Below the pieces are notes generated by a model that was given only the letters and a program-made list of their open reading frames with translations, was not told where the DNA came from and did not search any database. The translations under genes and the position numbers were made by a program. A stretch of 64,000 bases of DNA from an uncultured bacterium (GTDB taxonomy: Bacteria; Oederibacteriota; JAAXVQ01; JAUVAV01): assembly GCA_965371665.1 (NCBI GenBank), contig CBDUZI010000002.1, forward strand, positions 4,013-68,012, read 5' to 3'. How positions within the stretch are numbered: the stretch's first letter is position 1; every line of letters starts with the position of its first letter. Shown piece by piece: positions 1 through 10,791 of the stretch.

Positions 1-3000
1 GGTGAGATTAAGGTAACGCCCGGGGTAGTATGCCGGACCCGGGCAATTTCTTCGCTCACCTTATGTCCGGGCAACTGGCCGCCCTCGCCCGGTTTGGCGC
101 CCTGGGCCATTTTAATCTGGAGTTCATCCGCATGGGATAGATATTCAGAGGTTACGCCGAAACGTCCGGAAGCCACCTGCTTAATGCGTGAACACTTACT
201 GTCTCCATTGGGCAGGGGAATAAACCGGGCCGGATCTTCCCCTCCCTCTCCGGAATTACTCCGGCCGCCAATCCGGTTCAAGGCCACTGCCATATCCTCA
301 TGCGCCTCTTTGCTGATGGAGCCATACGACATAGCGGCTGTCACAAACCGGCGGGTTATGGCTTCCACTGGTTCCACTTCTTTCAGAGGCACCGGTGTGC
401 CGGGTTTAAACGCTAAGAAACTGCGTAAAGTCACCCGTTCCCGGGCCTGGTCATCAATCAGCCGGGTATATTCTTTAAAGCAGTTATAATCATTATTCCG
501 GGCAGCTCGCTGAAGATTGGCAATGGTCTCCGGAACCCAGAGATGCTTCTCTTCCCCCAGGCGTACCCGGTAATCACCGCCTATTTTCAAACCCGGCTCA
601 GCCTCACCTCTGGGCGGATACCCGCAATTATAACGCATAATAGTTTCCCTGGCGATTTCCTCCAGGCCGACGCCGGAAATACGCGAGACGGTATAAGTGA
701 AATATTTATCCACTAAATCCTTACTCAGTCCTACCGCCTCAAAAATTTGGGCCCCGAAGAAACTCCGCACTGTGGATATGCCCATACGGCTGAAGGTTTT
801 TAAGAGGCCTTTTTTAATGGCGGTTATATATGCATCCATGGCATCCGCCGGGCGAAGCGGCTTATCCAGCATACCGGTCTCGGCCAATTCCCGGATAGTG
901 GAAAAAGCCAGATGCGGACAGACGGCATTAGCCCCGAAACCTATCAATTGGGCAAAGTGGATCACTTCCCGGACTTCCCCGGTTTCCAGAATGATTCCGG
1001 CCTGAGTTCGCTTACCCTGGCGGATTAAATAATGATGCAGTCCTGACCCAGCCAGCAATACCGGGATGGGAACACGCTGGTGGTCCATATTCCGGTCGCT
1101 CAGCACCAAAATCGTGGCGCCCTCGTCTATCGCCTGCTCTGCCTGGCGGAACATTTCCTCCAGCGCCTTTTCCAAAGCCGGACCGTTGCCCTTGGCCGGG
1201 AAAAGCATATCAATATCCCGCACCTTTATATCCGGATGATGCGCCTTGCGAAGCTGCGTCATATCCTCCGGGGTCAGGACCGGATGACAGAGTTTCAGCA
1301 TGCGGGCATGTTCCGGCGTCTCTTCCAATAGATTGCGCTCCCTTCCGACCAGGCTCATCAGGGACATAACCAGTTCCTCGCGCAAAGGATCAATGGGCGG
1401 ATTGGTTACTTGCGCGAATAATTGCTTGAAATAATTAAACAGCAATTGCGGATGATTGGAGAGCACTGCCAAAGCGGCGTCATTACCCATGGAACCAATG
1501 GGTTCCTGACCATGAGAAGCCATGGGCGTGATAATCATTTTTAAATCCTCATCCGTATAACCAAAAGCCTGCTGTTTGCGGCGCAGGACATTTGAGTCCT
1601 CATTCGGCGCAGGAGCCGGCGCAAACAAGCCCCGCAATTCAATCTGATTACCCTGTACCCATTTGCGATAGTGCTGCTGCCTCGCAATCCTGGCTTTGAT
1701 TTCACGATCCGGAATAATCCGATGCTCCTGAATATCCACTAAAAACATCTTGCCGGGTTGCAGCCGGCCCCTGGTTTGGATGCGTTCCGGCGAAAATTCC
1801 AGCACTCCGGTCTCGGAACCCAGCACTACCAGGCCGTCATAAGTAACCGTGTACCGGCAAGGCCGCAAACCATTCCGGTCCAGGGTGCCTCCGATATAAC
1901 GCCCATCCGTAAAAACCAGGGCGGCCGGACCGTCCCAGGGCTCCATCAACGCGGCATGGTAAGCATAAAAAGCGCGCTTGTCCTGGCTCATGTGATACTT
2001 CACGCCAAACGCTTCCGGCACCATCATCATAATGGCGTGCGGCAGCGAACGCCCGGCTGCCACTAATAATTCCAGCGCATTGTCAAGCACAGCGGAATCA
2101 CTGCCGCTTTCTTGCAAGACGGGTTTAATTTTTTCCAGATCCTGGCCAAAGATTTCCGACTGCATCAGGGCTTCCCGGCTGCGCATGCGATTAATGTTGC
2201 CGCGCAAGGTATTGATCTCGCCGTTGTGCGCCAGATAGCGGAAAGGCTGGGCCAGACTCCAGGCCGGAAGGGTGTTGGTGCTGTAACGCTGGTGTGCCAG
2301 GGAAAAAGCCGCGGTAAAATCTTTATCCGTCAAATCAGGATAAAATTCTGCCAACTGGCTTCCGGTCAGCATGCCTTTATATGTAATAGTGCGGCTGGAT
2401 AAGCTGGTTATATAAAACTGGCTGTAATCCGAGTCCTGCCAGGTACTGATCTCTTTTTCCGCCAGACGGCGAATTATATAAAGCTTGCGTTCAAAATCCA
2501 CGGCTGGTAATCTTCCCATACTCAGAAAGCACTGGTAAATATCCGGCTGGGTCGCACGGCTGAATTCTCCCAGCTGGGCGTTTGATACCGGTACCTTTCG
2601 CCACCCCAGAAATTCACATCCCTCGGCCTGGATAATTCGTTCCAGAGCCTGGCGGCAACGATCAGCCAAAGCTTGCTCCGGCGGCAGGAAAATCATGCCT
2701 ACGCCGTATTGACCCTGCGCGGGCAGCTTGATTTTTCCGTCGGGGCAGACCTTCCGGAAAAAGGCCTCCGGAATTCCCAATAATAATCCAGCTCCATCGC
2801 CGGTGGCGTTGTCCCCGGCCAAAGCGCCGCGATGTTCGAGGTTGATTAATATCTTCACGGCATTTTCCACCAGGGAATGCCGGGGCTGACCGTCTAAATG
2901 GGCGATAAAGCCGATTCCACAGCTGTCGTGTTCGTAGGCCGGATCGTAAAGACCTTGCGTCGGCGGGAAACCCGCGGAGTTTAAGCCCTTAAAATTTGTG

Positions 3001-3026
3001 AATTTTGTAAAATCTCTTCCCAACAT
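1..3026 (-). CDS. gltB: glutamate synthase large subunit, N-terminal ~1008 aa (C-terminus beyond window start)
   Basis: Reverse-strand translation from ATG at 3026..3024 gives [14 protein letters not shown]...YEHDSCGIGFIAHLDGQPRHSL (Cys1 Ntn amidotransferase) and LPAWSLAQPFRYLAHNGEINTLRGN, hallmark GltB motifs. ORF is open to position 1. It is absent from the ORF track because its stop lies outside the window. Confidence 0.9.
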   Translation of the reverse strand, partial: MLGRDFTKFTNFKGLNSAGFPPTQGLYDPAYEHDSCGIGFIAHLDGQPRHSLVENAVKILINLEHRGALAGDNATGDGAGLLLGIPEAFFRKVCPDGKIKLPAQGQYGVGMIFLPPEQALADRCRQALERIIQAEGCEFLGWRKVPVSNAQLGEFSRATQPDIYQCFLSMGRLPAVDFERKLYIIRRLAEKEISTWQDSDYSQFYITSLSSRTITYKGMLTGSQLAEFYPDLTDKDFTAAFSLAHQRYSTNTLPAWSLAQPFRYLAHNGEINTLRGNINRMRSREALMQSEIFGQDLEKIKPVLQESGSDSAVLDNALELLVAAGRSLPHAIMMMVPEAFGVKYHMSQDKRAFYAYHAALMEPWDGPAALVFTDGRYIGGTLDRNGLRPCRYTVTYDGLVVLGSETGVLEFSPERIQTRGRLQPGKMFLVDIQEHRIIPDREIKARIARQQHYRKWVQGNQIELRGLFAPAPAPNEDSNVLRRKQQAFGYTDEDLKMIITPMASHGQEPIGSMGNDAALAVLSNHPQLLFNYFKQLFAQVTNPPIDPLREELVMSLMSLVGRERNLLEETPEHARMLKLCHPVLTPEDMTQLRKAHHPDIKVRDIDMLFPAKGNGPALEKALEEMFRQAEQAIDEGATILVLSDRNMDHQRVPIPVLLAGSGLHHYLIRQGKRTQAGIILETGEVREVIHFAQLIGFGANAVCPHLAFSTIRELAETGMLDKPLRPADAMDAYITAIKKGLLKTFSRMGISTVRSFFGAQIFEAVGLSKDLVDKYFTYTVSRISGVGLEEIARETIMRYNCGYPPRGEAEPGLKIGGDYRVRLGEEKHLWVPETIANLQRAARNNDYNCFKEYTRLIDDQARERVTLRSFLAFKPGTPVPLKEVEPVEAITRRFVTAAMSYGSISKEAHEDMAVALNRIGGRSNSGEGGEDPARFIPLPNGDSKCSRIKQVASGRFGVTSEYLSHADELQIKMAQGAKPGEGGQLPGHKVSEEIARVRHTTPGVTLIS

Positions 3027-6000
3027 TAGCTGACCACTTTTTTTCCGTACCACTCCTGCAAAGGCGAGACCGTTAAGGAGGCCGCTTGCCGGGCCTCAAT
3101 CCCGTTGACCGCGGCCTGGGCGCCCTGCAAGGTAGTAATACAAGGAACACCATGGGCCACGGCCGTGGTTCCAATGGGGCGGACATGCTCCCGGCCCTCA
3201 GGGCCAAAGGGCGTGTTAATAATCATCTGGATTTTTTTCTCCCGGATAAGATTTAAAACGCTCTCGGTCCCCCGGCCGATCTTATCCACCTTGTCAGCCA
3301 AAATGCTGTTGCTCCTGAGTACTTTGTGCGTTCCCGGGGTGGCCACCAGGTCAAAACCCATATCGCGGAGTTTCTTGGCAATAAAAACCACATCCCGTTT
3401 ATCATCATCCTTGACGCTCACAAACACCCGGCCGGAGAGCGGAAGCGTCTGCCCGGCCGCAGCCTGGGCTTTGATAAAGGCCATACCAAAAGAGGCATCT
3501 ATGCCCATGACCTCGCCCGTGGATTTCATTTCCGGCCCCAAATGGATATCCACGCCGGCAAAGCGCGAGAAAGGCAGCACGGATTCCTTGATGCAGAAGT
3601 GCTGAATGGATTCTGATTCCGTGCCACCGCTTTCATCCAGGGTTTGGCCGGCCATGATCCGGGCCGCGATTTTCGCCCAGGGCCGCCCGGTGGCTTTACT
3701 CACAAAAGGCACGGTCCGCGAGGCCCGGGGATTGACTTCCAGCACGTAAAGGTTTCCGCGCCGGACCGCAAACTGAATATTCAGCAGACCGCGAACCCCC
3801 AGGGCCAGGGCAATGCGCTCCGTGTATTTTTTTATCCGGTTCATTACTTCTTCGGACAAGGTATGCGGCGGCAGTACGCAGGCCGAATCACCGGAATGAA
3901 TACCGGCCTCCTCAATATGCTCCATGATTCCGGCCACTACGGTGCGGGTCCCGTCGCAAACCGCGTCCACATCCACCTCAATGGCATCTTCTAAAAATTT
4001 ATCGATCAAAACCGGCTGGCCTTCAGCCGCGTCAAAGGCTTCCTGGACAAAATCCATCAAAGTTTGGGGATCATATACAATCCGCATGGCCCGGCCGCCC
4101 AGCACAAAAGAGGGCCGCACCAGGACCGGAAAACCAATGGTATTGGCTTTTTCCAAAACCTCGTCCCAGGACCGGGCAATCCCGTTTTCCGGCTGCGCCA
4201 TATCCAAATCCAGCATTAGTTTGGCGAATTGCTCCCGGTCTTCCGCCCGCTCAATCGACTCCACCGGCGTGCCTAAAATCGGAGCCCCGGCATCCTGGAG
4301 CCGGCGGGCCAGGTTTAACGGCGTCTGCCCGCCAAACTGGACAATTACGCCCAGGGGTTTTTCCAAATCTATAATATTCATAATGTCTTCAAAGGTCAGC
4401 GGCTCAAAATAGAGTTTGTCCGAGGTATCATAATCCGTGGATACGGTCTCCGGGTTGGAGTTGACCATAATGGTTTCATACCCTAATTCCTGTAAGGCAA
4501 AAGACGCATGGCAGCAGCAATAATCAAATTCAATCCCCTGCCCAATCCGGTTGGGCCCGCTGCCCAGAATCATAATCTTGGGCCGTTCCGAAGCCTGATC
4601 CATCTCATTCTCTTCTTCATAAGTGGAATAACAGTAAGGGGTATAAGACTCAAATTCCGCCGCGCAGGTATCCACTAATTTGTAAGTCGGCAGCACCCCC
4701 AGGTTTTTGCGCTTTTCCCGGACCTCAAGCTCGGTCCGGCCCACCCAGCCCGCGATCTGCACATCACTAAAGCCCTCCTGCTTCATCTTTTTCAGCCAGG
4801 CGGGATCCATATCTTCCCAGGCATGTCCGGCTTCCTGTTGGTCCGTATCAATAATGGCTTTTAATTGGGACAGAAACCAGGGATCAATACCGGTGATGGC
4901 ATAAAGCTCCGGAATGGATATTCCTTGTTTAATGGCCTCCCGCATTGTAAAGAGCCGCTCCGCGTGCGGAATGGCCAGCCGGGCTTTGAGAATTTCCGGA
5001 GTAAGCTCCGTTCCGATTTTAGGATAGTCTTCATACCCGTTGCAATGAATTTCCAGGCTCCGCAGGCCCTTTTGCAAGGCTTCGCGGAAAGTCCGGCCAA
5101 TGGCCATGGTCTCGCCCACGGATTTCATGGATATGCCCAGTTCCGGATCAGCGCCGGGAAATTTCTCAAAAGCAAAGCGGGGGATTTTAACCACGCAATA
5201 ATCAATGGCCGGCTCAAAGCAGGCCATGGTCTGGCGCGTGATGTCATTGGGAATTTCATCCAGGGTGTACCCGACTGCCAGCAGAGCCGCGATCTTGGCG
5301 ATCGGAAACCCGGTGGCCTTGCTCGCCAGGGCCGAAGAACGGGATACTCGCGGATTCATCTCAATCACCACCAGGCGGCCGTCTTGGGGATTAATGGCAA
5401 ACTGGATATTTGAGCCTCCGGTCTCGACGCCAATGGCCCGGATTATGGCAATCCCGGCATTCCGCATCTTTTGATACTCTTTGTCGGTCAGGGTCTGGGC
5501 CGGCACTACGGTAATACTGTCGCCGGTATGGACGCCCATGGGATCAAAATTTTCAATCGAGCAGATAATCACTACATTGTCCCTGCGATCCCGCATGACT
5601 TCCAGTTCGAACTCTTTCCAGCCAATTACGGATTCTTCAATCAATATTTCATGGATTAAACTATTTTCCAACCCCAGCCGCGCGATCTTCCGAAACTCCT
5701 CCTCATTCCGGGCCACCCCGCCGCCGGTCCCGCCCAGAGTAAAAGCCGGCCGGATAATCACCGGGTAACCAATGGACTTGGCAACCGCGATAGCTTGCTC
5801 CAGACTGCGTCCTAACCCGCTTTTTGGCAGGTCAAGTCCCAAGCCCTGAATAACTGTTTTGAATTTCTCGCGATCCTCGCCCCGGTGAATAGCGTCTATA
5901 TTGAGCCCTATCATTTCCACCTTATATTTTTCAAAAACACCCTGGTTATAGGTCTCCACCGCTATATTCAGGCCGGTCTGCCCGCCCAAGGTAGGAAGTA

Positions 6001-6256
6001 CTGCCTGGGGACGCTCTTTTTCAATAATGCGTTCCATAACTTCCGGAGTAATGGGTTCAATATAGGTGCGATCCGCCATTTCCGGGTCAGTCATAATTGT
6101 AGCCGGATTGGAATTGACCAGAACAATTTCATAGCCTTCCGCCTTCAGCGCCTTACAGGCCTGGGTCCCGGAATAATCAAATTCACAGGCCTGGCCGATC
6201 ACGATCGGACCGGACCCGATAATTAATATTTTTTTAATATCCGTGCGCTTAGGCAT
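3026..6256 (-). CDS. carB: carbamoyl-phosphate synthase large subunit
   Basis: 1076 aa. N-term [59 protein letters not shown] is a classic CarB ATP-grasp duplication. Its stop TAA overlaps the gltB ATG by 1 nt (TAATG). Confidence 0.97.
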   Translation of the reverse strand: MPKRTDIKKILIIGSGPIVIGQACEFDYSGTQACKALKAEGYEIVLVNSNPATIMTDPEMADRTYIEPITPEVMERIIEKERPQAVLPTLGGQTGLNIAVETYNQGVFEKYKVEMIGLNIDAIHRGEDREKFKTVIQGLGLDLPKSGLGRSLEQAIAVAKSIGYPVIIRPAFTLGGTGGGVARNEEEFRKIARLGLENSLIHEILIEESVIGWKEFELEVMRDRRDNVVIICSIENFDPMGVHTGDSITVVPAQTLTDKEYQKMRNAGIAIIRAIGVETGGSNIQFAINPQDGRLVVIEMNPRVSRSSALASKATGFPIAKIAALLAVGYTLDEIPNDITRQTMACFEPAIDYCVVKIPRFAFEKFPGADPELGISMKSVGETMAIGRTFREALQKGLRSLEIHCNGYEDYPKIGTELTPEILKARLAIPHAERLFTMREAIKQGISIPELYAITGIDPWFLSQLKAIIDTDQQEAGHAWEDMDPAWLKKMKQEGFSDVQIAGWVGRTELEVREKRKNLGVLPTYKLVDTCAAEFESYTPYCYSTYEEENEMDQASERPKIMILGSGPNRIGQGIEFDYCCCHASFALQELGYETIMVNSNPETVSTDYDTSDKLYFEPLTFEDIMNIIDLEKPLGVIVQFGGQTPLNLARRLQDAGAPILGTPVESIERAEDREQFAKLMLDLDMAQPENGIARSWDEVLEKANTIGFPVLVRPSFVLGGRAMRIVYDPQTLMDFVQEAFDAAEGQPVLIDKFLEDAIEVDVDAVCDGTRTVVAGIMEHIEEAGIHSGDSACVLPPHTLSEEVMNRIKKYTERIALALGVRGLLNIQFAVRRGNLYVLEVNPRASRTVPFVSKATGRPWAKIAARIMAGQTLDESGGTESESIQHFCIKESVLPFSRFAGVDIHLGPEMKSTGEVMGIDASFGMAFIKAQAAAGQTLPLSGRVFVSVKDDDKRDVVFIAKKLRDMGFDLVATPGTHKVLRSNSILADKVDKIGRGTESVLNLIREKKIQMIINTPFGPEGREHVRPIGTTAVAHGVPCITTLQGAQAAVNGIEARQAASLTVSPLQEWYGKKVVS

Positions 6257-6309
6257 CAGAAAATTCCTTCACTATTTTTAAAACAGATTTAAAACCAGTC
6301 TCCGGGAAC

Positions 6310-6462
6310 TTGTCGGACTTTAGTCATTCTCCCCCTTTTGTAAAGGGGGCAGGGGGGATTTAATCAATAAAACACCCGCTTTTATATGCAAAATCCCCCT
6401 TAATCCCCCTTTTTCAAAGGGGGAATCTCAAAAAAAATGTCTTTGCCGTTAAGTCCGACAGG
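6310..6462. repeat. MITE-like element family C (CCCCCTTTT..AAAGGGGG hairpins, TIR TGTCGGACTT/AAGTCCGACA)
   Basis: Near-identical copies at 26405-26566, and inverted at 60355-60530. Bounded by the inverted repeat cttgtcggactttagtc...aagtccgacagg. Confidence 0.8.
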
Positions 6463-6481
6463 CTCCCAGATCGTGAATATA

Positions 6482-7588
6482 TTACCCGTGTTTTTTATGC
6501 TTCTCCATCATACTGGTAAAACGATCAAATAATCCGGCGGCATCATGGGGCCCGGGCGAGGCCTCGGGATGATACTGCACTGAAAAAACCGGCGCTTCCT
6601 TATGGCGCAGGCCTTCCACAGTATTATCGCTCATGTTCAGATGAGTAATCTCAATTTCCTGGGGCAGGCTTTCCGCCTCCACGCAGAATCCATGATTTTG
6701 AGAGGTAATACCCACCTGCCCGGTAGTCAGGTCCTTGACCGGATGATTTATTCCGCGATGGCCGAATTTCAGCTTAACCGTGCGGCCGCCCAAAGCCAAA
6801 CCTATAATCTGATGACCCAGACAGATACCGAATATCGGGATTTTCCCTATGAGTTTCCGTAATGTCTCCACAACATATGAAACCGGCGCCGGGTCACCCG
6901 GCCCATTAGAAACCATAATACCGTCAGGATGTCCGGACAATATTTCCCCGGCTGCGGTATGCGCCGGAACGACTCTCACGCTGCAATTGCGCAAGGTTAA
7001 TTCCCGGAAGATATTGCTTTTAGCGCCGCAGTCAATCACGGTTACCTTGAAAACCGTCGGACGGGCCGGCTGCTTCGGATCATTAAAATCGTAAGCTTGG
7101 GCACAGGTTACTTTTTTAACCAAATCCCGGCCTGCCATGTGCGGCGCGGCCTGGGCCTTTCTTTTTAAAGACTCAATAGACTCATCATTGGTAGAAAGCA
7201 CCCCGTTCATACTACCGGCTTCCCGGATATGCCGGGTCAAGGCCCGGGTATCCAGGCCTTCGATTCCGATAATCCCCTGCTTTTTCAACCATGCTTCCAA
7301 AGAACCCTGCGAGCGAAAATTTGAAGGCCAACGGCAAAGTTCCCGGACTATAAAACCAGCCACCTGGATGCGATCCGACTCCATATCCTCGTCATTGACG
7401 CCATAGTTACCGATCAAAGGATAGGTCATATTGACGATCTGTCCGCAATAAGACGGGTCGGTCAATAATTCCTGATAACCGGACATACCGGTATTGAATA
7501 CTACCTCAGCCGCTGCCTCGCCTTCCGCACCAAAAGCCCGGCCGCTGAACACTCTGCCATCTGCAAGTACTAATAAGGCTTTCACCAT
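6482..7588 (-). CDS. carA: carbamoyl-phosphate synthase small subunit (glutamine amidotransferase)
   Basis: Track ORF is 6482..7645. The CarA alignment begins at internal M20 (MVKALLVLADGRVF...), which has a GGAG RBS. The upstream 57 nt overlap a MITE terminal repeat (GTCAT/ATGAC). GATase motifs GICLGHQ and HPE are present. Confidence 0.9.
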   Translation of the reverse strand: MVKALLVLADGRVFSGRAFGAEGEAAAEVVFNTGMSGYQELLTDPSYCGQIVNMTYPLIGNYGVNDEDMESDRIQVAGFIVRELCRWPSNFRSQGSLEAWLKKQGIIGIEGLDTRALTRHIREAGSMNGVLSTNDESIESLKRKAQAAPHMAGRDLVKKVTCAQAYDFNDPKQPARPTVFKVTVIDCGAKSNIFRELTLRNCSVRVVPAHTAAGEILSGHPDGIMVSNGPGDPAPVSYVVETLRKLIGKIPIFGICLGHQIIGLALGGRTVKLKFGHRGINHPVKDLTTGQVGITSQNHGFCVEAESLPQEIEITHLNMSDNTVEGLRHKEAPVFSVQYHPEASPGPHDAAGLFDRFTSMMEKHKKHG

Positions 7589-7639
7589 CTGCTCCGTTTT
7601 AGATAGTATCGGTTGCGGAAAGACTGGTTCTGAAAAGGT

Positions 7640-7790
7640 TGTCATACCCGAAAGATCGTATCCCTGGACTAAACCATCCAGGACAGGCGGGTATCCCGTG
7701 CCTTTTAGGCCTCAGAAAATCAAAGCCGCTGGATTCCCGCTAAAGGCATGCGGGAATGACAACTTAAAAAATATCCTTTCCGCAACAGAC
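7640..7790. repeat. MITE-like element family B (GTCAT(A/T)CC...GGAATGAC with TTCCGCAACAGA tail)
   Basis: Terminal inverted GTCATACCCG...CGGGAATGAC with internal GGATTCC motifs. Related copies at 21718-21860, 27880-28016, 39800-39910, 42792-42925 and 7966-8055. Confidence 0.8.
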
Positions 7791-7883
7791 ACAAGATAGT
7801 TTTTTCCACAAAATTTTTAATAATATAACATATAAAATCTTAAAATCAAGAGAATTACTGTTCCAATCTCATGCCGCTCCATG

Positions 7884-8087
7884 CTAGTGTAGTGTAACAG
7901 TAACGGCTTTACAATGATTGACTTTGTTGTATCTCCAGCGTTTTTTAATATTTACTTTTTTTGGCGTCATTCCGGCATGATTGTAGCCGGAATCCAGGAA
8001 TTTGTTCTTTAAAAAGTTTTTTTCTGGACCCCGGCTACAATCACGCCGGGGTGACGTCTGTAAAGATATTACTGTTACACTACACTA
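7884..8087. repeat. perfect 20-bp inverted repeat (CTAGTGTAGTGTAACAGTAA / TTACTGTTACACTACACTAG) enclosing a family-B MITE (7966-8055)
   Basis: Read directly: 7884-7903 and 8068-8087 are exact reverse complements. The interior contains gtcattccggcatgattgtagccggaatcc...ccccggctacaatcacgccggggtgacg. Confidence 0.8.
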
Positions 8088-8117
8088 GGATATCCGGCAG
8101 GAGAGGAGGCCGCGGCC

Positions 8118-9605
8118 TTGCTGATTAAAACCGATCCGGCTGTCATAACCGGGTATTTGGAAGATGCCTCAGGTTTCACCCAGGGATATGGCGAACGCCT
8201 GGTAATTCCAGAGACCGAATCCGAGGTTGCTGAATATTTAAAGTCGGCCTCCCGAAAAAAAGAAAGCATCACCATAGTGGGAGGCCGTACCGGAGTAACC
8301 GCGGGATGCCTTGCCCAGGGAGGCACCCTGCTTTCCCTGGAACGCCTGGATACTCTCAACAATATTGAACTCACTGGAGAAGGCGGCTGGGTAACGCTTG
8401 GCCCGGCGGTCCGGCTGGAAACCCTGATATCCGCGGCTAGCCAGGCCGGCCTGCTCTACGGCCCGGATCCCACGGAGAAAACCGGCACGCTGGGCGGTAA
8501 CGCGGCGACTAATGCCAGCGGCGGACGGAGTTTTAAATACGGCGCCACCCGCAAGCATGTGCTGGCTTTAACCGCCGTGCTTTCCACGGGTGAAATCCTG
8601 CGTCTGGAACGCGGCCAATCCCGGGCTTTCCAAGACCTCCTGAAATTTCCGCTATCCTCCGGCCGAACGCTGGAATGCCAACGCCCTTTGCTTCCCTCCC
8701 GGGAAGTGACAAAAAATGCGGCCGGATACTTCTCTGCGCCGGATATGGACCCGATTGATCTGTTAATCGGCATGGACGGCACTCTGGCAGTAATTACCTC
8801 CCTGAAACTTAAATTGATAACCGCGCCGGCAGGCAGTTTCACGCTAGCCGTCTTTTTTCCGGATATGCCGAGCGCGGTTGATTGCGCCGCGATTATTCGC
8901 CGCCTGGCCCTAGATTCCGCCTTCCGGTCCGACCTTGCCCCGGCCTCGCTGGAATTTTTGGATCAGCAGGCTCTGGATTTACTCCGGCCGGAATTCTCCA
9001 ATATCCCTGATATCAGCCGGGCCGTATTATTGATGGAACAGGAGTATTCGCTCGGCAAGCAGGATGAGGCACTTTCACAATGGTCCCAATTCCTGGATCA
9101 AAGAGGCGTGCCGGAAAACATGATCTGGTATGCTGAAACCGAACCGGATGTCCGACGTTTACAGGAATTTCGCCATGCTCTGCCTGAAGCCGTGAACCGT
9201 CTGGTAAAACAAAGCAAGTTCCCCAAAGTGGGAACCGATATGGCAGTGCCGGAGAAAGCTTTTCCCGAAATGCTTAATATTTATTGCCGCGGCCTGGAGC
9301 GTCTGGGACTGCAATCTTTAATTTTCGGGCATATGGGAGAATGCCATTTGCATGTTAATATTCTGCCCCGCCAGGCCTCGGAATTCCAGGCTGCCAAGGA
9401 TCTCTATTTGCAGTTCGCCCGCGAAGCCGTGGCCCGCGGCGGCACGGTAAGCGCTGAGCACGGCATCGGTAAAATCAAGCACGCCTTTATGGAAATCATG
9501 GTAGGAGAGCCGGGATTGCGGGAAATGGCGCGGGTCAAAAGAATCTTCGACCCGGCCGGCATTCTAAACCGCGGAAACATTTTCCCGGAAAAATACTTGG
9601 AATAA
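8118..9605 (+). CDS. FAD-linked oxidase (GlcD / D-lactate dehydrogenase family)
   Basis: 495 aa, TTG start preceded by GGAGAGGAGG. FAD_binding_4-type region ITIVGGRTGVTAGCLAQGGTLLSLERLD. Length and C-terminal domain fit the glycolate oxidase/D-LDH family. Confidence 0.8.
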   Translation: MLIKTDPAVITGYLEDASGFTQGYGERLVIPETESEVAEYLKSASRKKESITIVGGRTGVTAGCLAQGGTLLSLERLDTLNNIELTGEGGWVTLGPAVRLETLISAASQAGLLYGPDPTEKTGTLGGNAATNASGGRSFKYGATRKHVLALTAVLSTGEILRLERGQSRAFQDLLKFPLSSGRTLECQRPLLPSREVTKNAAGYFSAPDMDPIDLLIGMDGTLAVITSLKLKLITAPAGSFTLAVFFPDMPSAVDCAAIIRRLALDSAFRSDLAPASLEFLDQQALDLLRPEFSNIPDISRAVLLMEQEYSLGKQDEALSQWSQFLDQRGVPENMIWYAETEPDVRRLQEFRHALPEAVNRLVKQSKFPKVGTDMAVPEKAFPEMLNIYCRGLERLGLQSLIFGHMGECHLHVNILPRQASEFQAAKDLYLQFAREAVARGGTVSAEHGIGKIKHAFMEIMVGEPGLREMARVKRIFDPAGILNRGNIFPEKYLE

Positions 9606-9629
9606 ACCCGGAAGACTTAGGAATACTAT

Positions 9630-10184
9630 ATGTGTCCTGATCAGGTGAAAAAACAAATCTTTGAAAACTATCCGGCCGGGATGGTGCTGGCGGCCAATTT
9701 GCTGTCCGCAATCATTTATAGCTTAGGTGCTGCGATCATATCGCAAATCAGTTTGTGGGCTATATTGTTATATCTGGCTTTTGGTTTGTTCCTGGAATTC
9801 AAGTTAATGGCCACCGGCTGTGTGGGTTGTCACTACTTTGGCAGGCTGTGCTTTTCCGGAAAAGGTGTTGTCAGTTCCTGGTTTTTCAAACCCGGGGACC
9901 CGAACAAATTCACCGCAAGAGAAATCAGCTGGCTGACTTTGCTGCCGGACATGCTGGTGGTATTCATTCCGGCTGCTATTGGCATTTTCTTCATGCTCCG
10001 GGAATTTAAGTGGAGCATGTTAATATTGGTGGTTGGGTTACTGATCGCGGCTTTTCCCGGACAAGGATTCATCCGGGGTGCTTTGGCCTGCTGCCACTGC
10101 CAACAGCGCAGGCTGGGCTGCCCGGCGGAAAAATTGTTTCAAAAATCGCAGGGGCAAACACATAACCCCTGTAAGGGAAGCTAA
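9630..10184 (+). CDS. hypothetical membrane protein with Cys-rich motifs
   Basis: 184 aa with several hydrophobic helices and CVGCHYFGRLC / CCHCQQRRLGC motifs. The 3' end overlaps a duplicated promoter/leader motif (10128-10200), so the C-terminus is uncertain. Confidence 0.45.
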   Translation: MCPDQVKKQIFENYPAGMVLAANLLSAIIYSLGAAIISQISLWAILLYLAFGLFLEFKLMATGCVGCHYFGRLCFSGKGVVSSWFFKPGDPNKFTAREISWLTLLPDMLVVFIPAAIGIFFMLREFKWSMLILVVGLLIAAFPGQGFIRGALACCHCQQRRLGCPAEKLFQKSQGQTHNPCKGS

Positions 10185-10200
10185 CTGTAACCAGAGGGAG
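10128..10200 (+). promoter_or_regulatory. second copy of the pncA promoter/leader motif (TTGTTT..N..ACATAACCCCTGTAAGGGAAGC..AGAGGGAG)
   Basis: About 70 nt align with 12552-12628 (TTGACT...ACATAAACCCTGTTAAGGGAAGCAAACCATAATCAAAGGAG). This copy is followed by a MITE rather than a gene. Confidence 0.5.
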
Positions 10201-10240
10201 TGTCACCAAAAGCCGTTTTTCAGAGAATTCCCCCGTTATT

Positions 10241-10358
10241 GTCATTCCGAGCGAAGCGAGGAATCTCCCGGAGCCCTGATAATTCAGGCGTTTTCTTGGA
10301 GATTCCTCGCTCCGCTCGGAATGACAAATCTAAGAAAACATGCTTCCGCAACAGATAC
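10241..10358. repeat. MITE family A (GTCATTCCGAGCGAAGCGAGGAATCTC ... GAGATTCCTCGCTCCGCTCGGAATGAC + TTCCGCAACAGATACTA tail)
   Basis: Long internal inverted repeat. Paralogs at 20790-20925, 29153-29296 (with intact TIR TCTGTTGCGGAAA/TTTCCGCAACAGA) and 52186-52272. Confidence 0.85.
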
Positions 10359-10524
10359 TAACTAAGCCTTGACTGACATGTTACAAATTTAGGTTTTAGG
10401 GTATTGACCCTGAATCCTAAGAAGAAAAGTATAAAGTCAATTTCAAGGTATAATTATCATAGTTTTCCAAGAAATGAGCTTTCACCCGAATGGTGAAAAA
10501 TGAATTGAGAAGTTAGAATATTTG

Positions 10525-10791
10525 CACCCCGAAGGGGTGAAACATACCAGCCCAGGGCAGCGCCCTGGGAATATGGGCACCCAGTATGTTTTAGCCCTGA
10601 AAGGGCGAAACATAGTTAATCATTTTTGAATATAATTGCCAGAGATATTGCTCATCATAATCAACGTTATATTTTTTAAGTAAATCAATGTGCTGACCTT
10701 AATATGTTTCGCCCTTTCAGGGCTTGATGGGGTGGTGGTGTCTATAACCCAGAGCGTTGCTCTGGGCTATTATGTGCCACCCCGTTGGGGT
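10525..10791. repeat. 267-bp palindromic element: three hairpins (h1-h2-h3), AT-rich core, then h3'-h2'-h1'
   Basis: h1 caccccgaaggggtg (10525-10539); h2 cccagggcagcgccctggg (10551-10569); h3 tatgttttagccctgaaagggcgaaacata (10585-10614). Mirrored by tatgtttcgccctttcagggct (10703-10724), cccagagcgttgctctggg (10748-10766), caccccgttggggtg (10777-10791). h2 versus h2' differ by paired compensatory changes. Confidence 0.7.

Noticed and set aside
3105-6226. Multiple 60-180 aa plus-strand ORFs inside carB (and similar shadow ORFs inside purL, mcrB, murC, pbp and others)
   Set aside because: Antisense shadow ORFs within well-supported long genes. No independent signals.
10078-10365. 95-aa plus-strand ORF
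   Set aside because: It is translated straight through the family-A MITE inverted repeat (…FSWRFLAPLGMTNLRK…). Repeat-derived ORF.
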